A stretch of DNA of 64,000 nt, from assembly GCA_003220315.1 (NCBI GenBank), contig QHSA01000134.1, positions 2,759 through 66,758 on the forward strand, read 5' to 3'. The DNA is from Candidatus Rokuibacteriota bacterium (GTDB lineage: Bacteria; Methylomirabilota; Methylomirabilia; Rokubacteriales; CSP1-6). The notes below the pieces were generated by a model. That model saw only the letters and a list, made by a program, of their open reading frames with translations. It was not told the DNA's origin and did no database searches. Below are positions 44,405 through 52,575 of the stretch, piece after piece. The translations under genes and the position numbers were made by a program. Within the stretch, counting starts at the first letter, position 1. Every line of letters starts with the position of its first letter.

Positions 44405-45633
44405 AGACACTCGCCATCCTCGTCGGCGGGGGCCCGGCCCCCGGGATCAACGCGGTGATCGCGGCGGCGACGATCGAGGCGCGGAACCACGGCGCGCGCG
44501 TGCTCGGCTGCTACGACGGCTTCAAATGGCTCGTCGAGGGCGACATCGAGCACGTGACCGAGCTCACGATCAACGAGCTGTCGCGGATCCACTTCGACGG
44601 CGGCTCGATCATCCGCACCTCCCGCACGAACCCCGCGCGCACGCCCGACGGCCCCGGCCGGGTCGCCGAGACGCTCAAGCGCCTCGGCGTCGACTACCTC
44701 ATCACGATCGGCGGCGACGACACCGCCTTTGCGGCCTCGCGCGTCGCCCGCGCGCTGCCCGGCCTCGCCGTCGCGCACGTGCCGAAGACGATCGACAACG
44801 ACCTCCCGCTGCCGAGCGACATTGACACCTTTGGGTTCTCGACGGCCTGCAACCTCGGCAAGGACCTCGTCCGCAACCTGATGCAGGACGCCGCGACCAC
44901 GGAACGCTGGTTCTTCGTGACCGTCATGGGCCGGCGCGCGGGCCACCTCGCCCTCGGCATCGGCGGCGCCGCGGGCGCGACGCTCACCGTCGTCGCCGAG
45001 GAGTTCCCGGAGTCGAAGATCACCCTGGACCGCCTCGCCGACGTGCTCGAGGGCGCGATCATCAAGCGCCGCATGCACGGGCGCGACCACGGGGTCGCGA
45101 TCCTCTCGGAGGGGCTCGCCGAGAAGCTCGACCTCGAATCGCTCGGTCCCGTGGAGCGCGACCAGTACGGCAACGTCCGGCTGGCCGAGCTCGACCTGGG
45201 CCGCGTGCTCAAGGACCGGGTCGCCGCGCACCTGCGCGAGCGCACGGTGGACGTGACGATCGTCGCGAAGGATCTCGGGTACGAGCTCCGCTGCGCGCCG
45301 CCGGGCGCGCACGACATCCAGTACGCCCGGAGCCTCGGCTACTGGGCGACGCGCTTCCTGCTCGAGGGCGGCTCGAACGCGATGCTGACGATCCAGGCCG
45401 GGCGCCTCGTGCCGATCCCCTTCGGACTCCTGCTCGACCCGAAGACAGGCAAGGTCCGCGTGCGCTTCGTCGAGGTCGACTCGGAGATGTATCAGACGCT
45501 CTACGCGTACATGATCCGTCTCAAGCCGGAGGACTTCGACAACCCGGCGACCGTGGCGGCGCTCGCGAAGGCGGGCAATGTCAGCGAGAGCGAGTTCCTC
45601 AAGCGCTTCGCCCCCGTCGTCGGCCGCGCGTAG
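44401..45633 (+). CDS. pfp: pyrophosphate-dependent 6-phosphofructokinase
   Basis: GGGPAPGIN, IGGDDT (Asp indicates PPi donor), PKTIDND (Lys indicates PPi), VMGR and LGYELRC. Confidence 0.85.
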   Translation: MKTLAILVGGGPAPGINAVIAAATIEARNHGARVLGCYDGFKWLVEGDIEHVTELTINELSRIHFDGGSIIRTSRTNPARTPDGPGRVAETLKRLGVDYLITIGGDDTAFAASRVARALPGLAVAHVPKTIDNDLPLPSDIDTFGFSTACNLGKDLVRNLMQDAATTERWFFVTVMGRRAGHLALGIGGAAGATLTVVAEEFPESKITLDRLADVLEGAIIKRRMHGRDHGVAILSEGLAEKLDLESLGPVERDQYGNVRLAELDLGRVLKDRVAAHLRERTVDVTIVAKDLGYELRCAPPGAHDIQYARSLGYWATRFLLEGGSNAMLTIQAGRLVPIPFGLLLDPKTGKVRVRFVEVDSEMYQTLYAYMIRLKPEDFDNPATVAALAKAGNVSESEFLKRFAPVVGRA

Positions 45634-45655
45634 TCGCCGCGGGTGACCGTTGGGG

Positions 45656-45728
45656 TGTCGGCCGGGGGAGTCCGAGGGGGGCGTCGCCCTCCTCGGTCAA
45701 AGAGTGCGGCGCCGCTCCCCCCCCGACA
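45656..45728. repeat. GC-rich nested palindrome (REP-like element or bidirectional terminator)
   Basis: Inner 11-bp stem ccgaggggggc/gccctcctcgg (45672-45696) within an imperfect outer stem; between convergent pfp and NUDIX genes. Confidence 0.55.
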
Positions 45729-45729
45729 T

Positions 45730-46530
45730 CTAATAGTAGCCGGGATCCCCCGGCATCAGGACACGCCGCACCCCGCCCACCTCGAGCACGCGCGGTCGGA
45801 TCGTCTCGACCGAGCGTCCCGCGAGACGCCCGAGCGCCGCGGCGGCGGACGGCGCGCCCTCGAGGAGCATCAGGTTGCGGACGGTCGGGTTGCGCAGCGA
45901 GATCTCGCCCCGCGCCGCGGCGTCGATCGCCTCACGCGGCGAGAGCCAACGGACCGCGATGACTTCCTTGCCATCGACGGTCGCCTCCTGCCCCGCGGGC
46001 GCCTCGGCGGCGAAGAAGCGCGTGTCGAAGCGGAGGGGCGACTCTTCCGGTGTGATCCAGTGCGCGAAGTAGACGAGCCGATCCGTGGCGAGCGTCAACC
46101 CCTCGGTCCTGAGCATCGTCCAGAACGCCTGCTTGTCCGAGTGGCACGCGCGACGGTACGTCTCGACCCGTGTGGGATCGGGCCAGCGCGTGCCACGCGC
46201 GAGCAGGATCCCCACCTCCTCGAAGGTCTCGCGGATCGCGCCGATCCAGTAGGCGAGCGCGGTCTCTGGCGCGTGCGCCGTGCCCAGCATGCGGCTCATG
46301 TCCTGACGATCCAGACCGGCGCACCAGGTCGCGGCGTCGGCCGGGGCGTCGTCGGGCTCGATCTTTCCGCCCGGGAAGACGAAGTCACCCGCGGCGAACT
46401 TGCTGGCGCGGTGGCGCTGCATCAGGAGGACGTCGAATCCGCCCGCGGGGCGATCGCGCAGCAGGACGAGCGTCGCGGCGTGGGCCGGCGTGGCGGGCGG
46501 CGGTTTGACGGGCACGTCGTAGTGTGCCAC
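45730..46530 (-). CDS. NUDIX hydrolase
   Basis: FVFPGGKIEPDD...IRETFEEVGILL and HWITPEESPLRFDTRFF. Confidence 0.85.
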   Translation of the reverse strand: MAHYDVPVKPPPATPAHAATLVLLRDRPAGGFDVLLMQRHRASKFAAGDFVFPGGKIEPDDAPADAATWCAGLDRQDMSRMLGTAHAPETALAYWIGAIRETFEEVGILLARGTRWPDPTRVETYRRACHSDKQAFWTMLRTEGLTLATDRLVYFAHWITPEESPLRFDTRFFAAEAPAGQEATVDGKEVIAVRWLSPREAIDAAARGEISLRNPTVRNLMLLEGAPSAAAALGRLAGRSVETIRPRVLEVGGVRRVLMPGDPGYY

Positions 46531-46573
46531 GATGATCCGCCGCTGTCATTCGTCCCCAGGAGGACCGAGCCGA

Positions 46574-47038
46574 ATGGGCGCAGAAGCGCGTCTCAAAGAG
46601 AGGAACATCACGCTCCCGCAGCCGGCCACGCCGCTCGCGAACTACGTCGGGGCGGTGCGGGTCGGCAATCTAATGTTCGTCTCCGGCCACGGGCCGCTTC
46701 GGGTCGACGGCAAGCCCTCCGCGCGGGGCAAGGTCGGCCGGGAGCTCACGGTCGAGCAGGGCTACCAGGTCGCGCGCGAGGTCGGGCTCGCCCTGCTCGC
46801 GACGATCCGCGCGAGCGTCGGGAGCCTCGACCGGATCAAGCGCGTCGTCAAGGTGCTGGGCATGGTCAACTCGGCCGAGGGCTTCGGCGACCAGCCCCGC
46901 GTGGTCAACGGCTTCTCCGACCTCATGGTGGAGGTCTTCGGCGACGCGATCGGCAAGCACGCGCGCTCCGCGGTCGGCATGGCCGAGCTCCCGATGGGCA
47001 TCCCCGTCGAGATCGAGATGGTCCTCGAGGTCGAGTAG
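46574..47038 (+). CDS. RidA/YjgF family protein
   Basis: ANYVGAVRVG, VVNGFSDL and HARSAVG.AELP...PVEIE. ATG 46574. Confidence 0.88.
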   Translation: MGAEARLKERNITLPQPATPLANYVGAVRVGNLMFVSGHGPLRVDGKPSARGKVGRELTVEQGYQVAREVGLALLATIRASVGSLDRIKRVVKVLGMVNSAEGFGDQPRVVNGFSDLMVEVFGDAIGKHARSAVGMAELPMGIPVEIEMVLEVE

Positions 47039-47040
47039 CC

Positions 47041-48297
47041 ATCGGCCCGCATCACCTCGTCGAAGTCGCCGGCGTCCTCGTCTTCGGCGTCCTCTTCTAC
47101 TCGTACACCTATCGGTGGTTCGAGCCGGGAACCCCGGGGAACGGCCGCCGGCGCGCGCTGCTGAACGGCGCGGCCTTCGGCGGGCTCGCCGTGGTGCTCA
47201 TCACCGCGCGCGTCGAGACCCCCGAGGGCATCGACCTCGACGCGCACACGGTGCCCCTGGCGCTCATCACGCTCTTCGAGGGATGGCCGACGGCGCTCGT
47301 CGCCACGACCCTGCCCGCGGCATACCGCGTCTGGCTCGGCGGCAACGACGCGTGGGCGAGCCTGCTCTCGCTCGGCGCGGCCGCGGCGGCGGGCAGCCTC
47401 GCGCACGTCTGGGCGCGTCGCGACGGGGGCGTGCGCCCCCGCCACGCGCTCACGCTCAGCCTGGTCGTCTTCGTCACGACGTTCGCGAGCTTCGCCCTGC
47501 TCGGCCCTCGCGGCCTGACGCTGGTCGAGCGGGCCTGGCTCCCGCTCCTCGCCATCTCCGTCGTCGGCACCGGCGTCGTGGCTCGGCTGTTCGGCGACGT
47601 CGTGGAGCGCGCCGAGGCCGTCGACGCCCACGCGCGCTTCCGCGGCATCATCGACGAGGCCTCCGACGCGATCCGCATCGTCGACCCCGACACGCTCAAG
47701 ATCCTCGACGTGAACCGCCGGGACTGCGAGATCTCGGGCTACACGCGGGGCGCGCTGATCGGACGCGACGTGCGCCACTTCTGGCCTGACGAGCCCGACC
47801 TCCGCACGCGGCGGGAGGCGACGATCGCCGAGGCCCGGGACCACGGGTTCGCCCGCGCCTTCGGCACCCCCTACCGCCGCGCGACGGGCGAGCTCATCCG
47901 CGTGGACTCGACCCGTCGCATCGTCAACCACCACGGGCGCCGGTACGAGATCGTGATCTACCGCGAGTCGGTGGAGCGCGAGGCGGCCGAGACGGCGCAG
48001 CGGGAGGCCGCCGACCTGCGCGCCGTCGCGCTCCTGGCGAGCGCCGCGGCGCACGAGATCAACAACCCCCTCACCGTCGTCGTCGGCTCGCTCGAGCTGC
48101 TGGCGCGCCACCTCGGCAGCGATCAGCAGGAGCGCCGTTGGCTCGACCGGGCGAACGCCGCAGCGCAGCGCATCCGCGACATCGTCGCCCGCATGACGCG
48201 GATCACCCGCATCGAGCGGACGGACGCCCGCCCCGGGCTGCCGCCGATGCTGGACCTTCGCAAATCGAGTGACGTCGACTCACCGGAGGCCCCATGA
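47041..48297 (+). CDS. 5TM-LytS-type membrane sensor-PAS-HisKA protein lacking HATPase domain; start uncertain (possible ATC)
   Basis: DLDAHTVPLALITLFEGW..ALVA..LPAAYRVWLGG; PAS ILDVNRRDCEISGYTR; H-box AAHEINNPL; stop ~65 aa after the His. Confidence 0.7.
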   Translation: MGPHHLVEVAGVLVFGVLFYSYTYRWFEPGTPGNGRRRALLNGAAFGGLAVVLITARVETPEGIDLDAHTVPLALITLFEGWPTALVATTLPAAYRVWLGGNDAWASLLSLGAAAAAGSLAHVWARRDGGVRPRHALTLSLVVFVTTFASFALLGPRGLTLVERAWLPLLAISVVGTGVVARLFGDVVERAEAVDAHARFRGIIDEASDAIRIVDPDTLKILDVNRRDCEISGYTRGALIGRDVRHFWPDEPDLRTRREATIAEARDHGFARAFGTPYRRATGELIRVDSTRRIVNHHGRRYEIVIYRESVEREAAETAQREAADLRAVALLASAAAHEINNPLTVVVGSLELLARHLGSDQQERRWLDRANAAAQRIRDIVARMTRITRIERTDARPGLPPMLDLRKSSDVDSPEAP

Positions 48298-48446
48298 CCT
48301 CACTGCTCGACCTGCTCAGCACCCTCGTCTCGCTCGTCTTCCTCGCGATCATCGGGCTCGTCGCGGGAGTCGCGATCCCTGGGATGTTCTTCGGAGCGCT
48401 GACGCCGTGGCTCGACAAGCTCCTGCCCGTGCGCAAGAAGCGCTAA
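48294..48446 (+). CDS. small membrane protein (50 aa)
   Basis: MTSLLDLLSTLVSLVFLAIIGLVAGVAIPGMFFGALTPWLDKLLPVRKKR; GGAGG RBS; ATGA overlap with upstream gene. Not in the ORF track. Confidence 0.7.
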   Translation: MTSLLDLLSTLVSLVFLAIIGLVAGVAIPGMFFGALTPWLDKLLPVRKKR

Positions 48447-48449
48447 GGC

Positions 48450-49262
48450 TCAGCCGCGGAGGAGTGGGGGGATCGTGCGGAGCGCCTCCGCGATGCGCGG
48501 TCCGTGCCACGAGAAGGGCTTGCCGTCCACGAGGTGGATGCGCCCGTCGCGGACGGCGGGCACGTCGGCGTATCGCGCGAAGTCCTTCACGTGGACGCGG
48601 CGGAACCGGAACGGCTCGTCGGGCAGGAGGATCACCGCCGGCCGCCGCGCCGCGACCTCGTCGAGGGTGACCGTCGGGTAGCGCTCCGGACGATCGCCGA
48701 AAACGTTCCGCCCGCCGCAGACCGTCAACATGTCGTGGACGTACGTGTCGGACCCGACCGTCATGTACGGGTCCCGCCAGATCGCGTAGAACACCGCCAC
48801 CGGCGCCCGGGTCGCGGACGCGGCGCGCACGTCCTCGTAGAGGGGCTCGAGCTCGCGCAGGATCGCCGCGGCACGCACCCGCGTCCCGGTGACTTCCCCG
48901 AGCTCGCGGACGAGACGCAACCCGTCGGCCACGGTGCGCGGGTAGGTCACCCACACCGGGATCGCCCACGCGCGGAGCTGCTCGATGTGCTCGCGCACGT
49001 TCTCCTCGACGTTGGCGACGACGAGGTCGGGTCCGAGCGCACGGATCGCCTCGAGGTCCGGGGTCTTCTCGCCGCCGATCTTGGTCTTCGTCCGCGTGAC
49101 TTCGGCGGGCTCGCGGCAGTACACCGTGATGCCCACGAGCGCGTCGGCGAGCCCGAGCGCGCAGAGGGTCTCGGTCGTCGAGGGGATCAAGGAGACGATC
49201 CGGCGCGGCGCGCGGTCGGAGGCGAGCGGGACGCCGGAGGCGTCGACGAGCGCGGCGCTCAC
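48450..49262 (-). CDS. BtuF-like helical-backbone periplasmic binding protein
   Basis: RRIVSLIPSTTE, KIGGEKTPDLE, PDLVVANVEEN and VDGKPFSWHGPR. GTG 49262. Confidence 0.82.
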   Translation of the reverse strand: MSAALVDASGVPLASDRAPRRIVSLIPSTTETLCALGLADALVGITVYCREPAEVTRTKTKIGGEKTPDLEAIRALGPDLVVANVEENVREHIEQLRAWAIPVWVTYPRTVADGLRLVRELGEVTGTRVRAAAILRELEPLYEDVRAASATRAPVAVFYAIWRDPYMTVGSDTYVHDMLTVCGGRNVFGDRPERYPTVTLDEVAARRPAVILLPDEPFRFRRVHVKDFARYADVPAVRDGRIHLVDGKPFSWHGPRIAEALRTIPPLLRG

Positions 49263-49441
49263 GCGATCCGCCGGCTCCGGATGCGGTCGACGAGCGCCAG
49301 GGTCTCGCGCGTGCGCTCGGCGACCTCCGCGTCCCACTTCATGATCTCGTCGCGCGGCGCTTTGCGGTCGATGGCGTCTTCGAGGTTCGTCACCGCCACG
49401 CCGAACAGCTTCAGGACCCGTCGCGTTTCCTCGCTCGGCAT
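49259..49441 (-). CDS. small hypothetical protein (60 aa)
   Basis: MPSEETRRVLKLFGVAVTNLEDAIDRKAP...; AAGGAG RBS; GTGA overlap with the btuF-like gene. Confidence 0.65.
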   Translation of the reverse strand: MPSEETRRVLKLFGVAVTNLEDAIDRKAPRDEIMKWDAEVAERTRETLALVDRIRSRRIA

Positions 49442-49464
49442 CTCTTCGCTCCTTCGAGGCTCGC

Positions 49465-49833
49465 TCAGTCGAGGCGGAGCTCCGGCACGTCCCGCCAGCG
49501 CGGCTCGCCCTCGGGCTTGAAGTTCTTGGTGGTCACGAAGTGCATCCCGTGGTGGAGGTTCAGCTTGAACTTCCCGCCGCCGTATCGCGCGGCGATCCAC
49601 CCCGCCGGGTCTTCGAGGAACGGCGCCATCTCGGTCGCGGAGAGGCGCACGAGCCACTTGAACCGGATCGTGCCGGCGAACGGCTCCTGGACGCCGAGGG
49701 TCGCGGTGAATCCGGGCCAGACGCGCGCGAACTCCTCCAGGGTCTGTCGGCGTGACGGTCGCTCGACACCACGATTGATCAGGTTCCGCTTGAGGTACGG
49801 CTCGATCAGCTCCCAGCACCACGGGGCAATCAC
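49465..49833 (-). CDS. hypothetical protein (122 aa)
   Basis: Normal amino-acid composition, unlike neighbouring shadow ORFs; TG-A-TACACT -10 box 9 nt upstream of the GTG. Confidence 0.7.
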   Translation of the reverse strand: MIAPWCWELIEPYLKRNLINRGVERPSRRQTLEEFARVWPGFTATLGVQEPFAGTIRFKWLVRLSATEMAPFLEDPAGWIAARYGGGKFKLNLHHGMHFVTTKNFKPEGEPRWRDVPELRLD

Positions 49834-49858
49834 TACGGCCGGAGTGTATCATGAGCCC

Positions 49859-51592
49859 GTGAAGAACCTCGAGATCGCGCGCCTCTTCGACGAGATGGCG
49901 CGCCTCCTCGAAGTCCGAAACGAATCCGTCTTCCGTGTGCGCGCGTACGCGCGCGCGGCGCAGACGCTCGAAACGCTCGGCGAGAGCGTCGAGGCCGTCG
50001 CCGCGCGCGGCGAGCTCGCGCAACTCCCTGGGATCGGGCGCGAGCTCGCGGCGAAGATCGGGGAGTACCTGGCGACGGGTCGCCTCGCGCAGCTCGACGA
50101 GCTGCGCGGCGGCCTCCCGCCGACCTTCCTGACCCTCCTCGAGATCCGTGGCCTCGGTCCCAAGACCGCCAGGCTGCTCTACGACCGGCTCGGCGTGGAC
50201 TCCGTCTCGCGGCTCGAGGCGCTCGCTCGATCGGGCGAGATCCTCCGCGTGCCGGGCATCCGCGAGAAGACGCGCGAGAATCTTCTCAAGTCGATCGCCC
50301 TCTGGCAGGCCGGCCGCGCGCGCACGCCCCTCGCCCGGGCGCGCGAGATCGCGGCGCGCGTCGCCGAGGCGCTCGCGGCCCACGGCGGCGCCGACCGGAT
50401 CGAGGTCGCCGGCTCCCTCCGCCGGATGCGTGAGACCGTGAAAGACATCGACATCCTCGTGACCTCCACCGAGCCGGCACGCGTGATCGAGACGTTCGTC
50501 TCGCTTCCGTCGATCCTCGAGGTCTCCGCTCGGGGCGACACGAAGGCGTCGGTGCGCCACGCGGAGGGGCTCCGGATCGACCTGCGCGTCGTCGAGCCCG
50601 ACGCGTTCGGCGCCGCCCTCCAGTACTTCACGGGCTCGAAGGACCACAACGTGAGGCTCCGCGAGCTGGCGCGGCGCCAGGGGCTCTCCGTGAGCGAGTA
50701 CGGCGTCTTCGACGAGAAGACGGGCGTCCGCGTCGCCGGAAAAACCGAGGCGGAGGTGTACGGGGTCCTCGGGCTCCCGTATATTCCACCCGAGCTCCGG
50801 GAGAACGCGGGCGAGCTCGAGGCCGCGCGCGACGGGCGCCTGCCCGCGCTCGTGACACGGGCGGCGATCCGCGGCGACCTTCACGCGCACACGGACGCCT
50901 CCGACGGTCACCATTCCTTGGAGCACCTCATCGAGGCGGCCCAGGCGCGCGGTTACGAGTACGTCATCGTCTCCGACCACTCGAAGTCCGCGACCGTGGC
51001 CCGCGGCCTGGGCGCCGACGAGCTGCGGGCGCAGATCGCGAGGATCCGGGCGCTTCAGCCCCGCTACCGGATCCGGATCCTGGCGGGCAGCGAGTGCGAC
51101 GTCCTTGGCGACGGCACGCTCGACTTCCCCGACGACACCTTGAGGGAGCTCGACCTGGTCCTCGCCGCGGTCCACTCCCGCTTCAAGCAGGCGCGGCTCG
51201 AGATGACGGCGCGCATCGTCCGCGCGCTCGCGAACCCGTACGTCAACATCCTCGCGCACCCGACCGGGCGCTTGCTCGGCGCGCGCGAGCCGTACGACGT
51301 GGACCTCGACGCCGTGTTCGAGGCCGCCCGCGCGCACAACAAAGCGGTCGAGATCAACGCGTCGCCCGAGCGGCTCGACCTCAACGACATCCACGCGCGG
51401 CGAGCGGCGGGGCTCGGCGTGCCGGTGGCGATCTCGACCGACACCCACTGGCTCGCGAACCTCGACAACCTCGAGCTGGGCCTCGGCATCGCCCGGCGCG
51501 CGTGGATCGGCCCCGCGCAGGTCGTCAACGCGCTGCCGCTCGCCGACCTCCTCACGTGGGCGCACCGGGGGAGGCCGGGTGCGCGCGAGTGA
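49859..51592 (+). CDS. polX: DNA polymerase X / PHP-domain 3'-5' exonuclease
   Basis: LPGIG HhH, GSLRR, KDIDIL, YFTGSKDHN and PPELRE; PHP motifs DLHAHT, SDHS, AHPTGR and TDTH. GTG 49859. Confidence 0.93.
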   Translation: MKNLEIARLFDEMARLLEVRNESVFRVRAYARAAQTLETLGESVEAVAARGELAQLPGIGRELAAKIGEYLATGRLAQLDELRGGLPPTFLTLLEIRGLGPKTARLLYDRLGVDSVSRLEALARSGEILRVPGIREKTRENLLKSIALWQAGRARTPLARAREIAARVAEALAAHGGADRIEVAGSLRRMRETVKDIDILVTSTEPARVIETFVSLPSILEVSARGDTKASVRHAEGLRIDLRVVEPDAFGAALQYFTGSKDHNVRLRELARRQGLSVSEYGVFDEKTGVRVAGKTEAEVYGVLGLPYIPPELRENAGELEAARDGRLPALVTRAAIRGDLHAHTDASDGHHSLEHLIEAAQARGYEYVIVSDHSKSATVARGLGADELRAQIARIRALQPRYRIRILAGSECDVLGDGTLDFPDDTLRELDLVLAAVHSRFKQARLEMTARIVRALANPYVNILAHPTGRLLGAREPYDVDLDAVFEAARAHNKAVEINASPERLDLNDIHARRAAGLGVPVAISTDTHWLANLDNLELGLGIARRAWIGPAQVVNALPLADLLTWAHRGRPGARE

Positions 51593-52322
51593 CAAGCAGG
51601 AGATTCGCGAGCGCGTCTGGGCGCTCCTGACCGCGCGCCGCGTCGCGCGCTTCCCGCTGCCGCTCGCGGACCGGATCCCCAACTTCGCGGGCGCCGAGCG
51701 CGCGGCGGAGCGGCTCGCCGAGACTCCCGAGTGGAAGGCCGCGACGCGTCTCAAGTGCAATCCCGACGCGGCCCAGCGCCCCGTGAGGCTCCGAGCATTG
51801 CGTGAGGGCAAGCTCGTCTTCATGGCCGTGCCGCGCCTTCGCGAGGAGCGGTGCTTCCTCCGCCTCGACCCGGCGAAGCTCGGTCATCGGGTCGCCGAGG
51901 CCGCCACGATCGCCGGCGCCGCCAGGCTCGGCGCGCCCGTGCCGCCGGAGTCGCTCGGCGCGATCGACCTCGTGATCGTCGGCAGCGTGGCGGTGAGCCC
52001 GGACGGCGCGCGCGTCGGCAAGGGCGGCGGGTACAGCGACCTCGAGTTCGCCCTGGCCCGCGAGCTCGGCGCGGTCGGCGAGGACACGCCCGTGGCGACA
52101 ACGGTCCACGAACTCCAGATGCTCGACGAGCCACTCCCGATGACGGACCATGACGTTCCGCTCGACCTGATCGCGACGCCCGAGCGGGTGACCCGCACAC
52201 GGCGCACGCTCCCGAAGCCGAAGGGAATCCGCTGGGAGGAGCTCTCCCCGGCGCAGCTCGCCGCGATGCCGGTTCTCGCGCGGCTCCGGCGCCGGCGGGG
52301 CGGTCCGCGGCCGGTGGCGTGA
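51579..52322 (+). CDS. 5-formyltetrahydrofolate cyclo-ligase family (MTHFSD/archaeal type)
   Basis: RIPNFAGAE, KCNPDAAQRPVR, GSVAV...GARVGKGGGYSDLE and HDVPLD. Confidence 0.85.
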   Translation: MRASDKQEIRERVWALLTARRVARFPLPLADRIPNFAGAERAAERLAETPEWKAATRLKCNPDAAQRPVRLRALREGKLVFMAVPRLREERCFLRLDPAKLGHRVAEAATIAGAARLGAPVPPESLGAIDLVIVGSVAVSPDGARVGKGGGYSDLEFALARELGAVGEDTPVATTVHELQMLDEPLPMTDHDVPLDLIATPERVTRTRRTLPKPKGIRWEELSPAQLAAMPVLARLRRRRGGPRPVA

Positions 52323-52352
52323 GGCACATCGCGCACATGAGGCACATCGCGC
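52320..52352 (+). repeat. 15-bp direct repeat x2 (TGAGGCACATCGCGC, period 18), candidate regulator site
   Basis: Exact copies at 52320-52334 and 52338-52352, 1 bp before TTGACA. Confidence 0.7.
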
Positions 52353-52353
52353 C

Positions 52354-52382
52354 TTGACAACCCTGTGAGGTAGGCGTAGGGT
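52354..52382 (+). promoter_or_regulatory. sigma70-type promoter TTGACA-N17-TAGGGT
   Basis: ttgaca at 52354-52359 and tagggt at 52377-52382. Confidence 0.55.
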
Positions 52383-52575
52383 TGCCCCGCTTCGCAAGCT
52401 TTGCGGTCGTTAGCGATGAGGAGTGATGCCGGTGGCTCGGGATGGCGAGCAACCTCTGCGGGTCGTCGCTGCCGACGCGGATCGCTGGCGCGGCCCGTGT
52501 CTGCGTAGCCCTCCCATTCCTCGGGTGCGCGGCCAAGACCACGTGCTCTCTCCAACGACAGGCCGGAGGACACCC

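Noticed and set aside
45643-47040. N-terminal extension of the 884-aa ORF 45643-48297
   Set aside because: Overlaps the NUDIX and RidA genes, which have clear motifs; the real domain content starts after 47040.
52413-52510. Short upstream ORF (MRSDAGGSGW...) in the PQQ leader
   Set aside because: No RBS and no telling composition; expected by chance.
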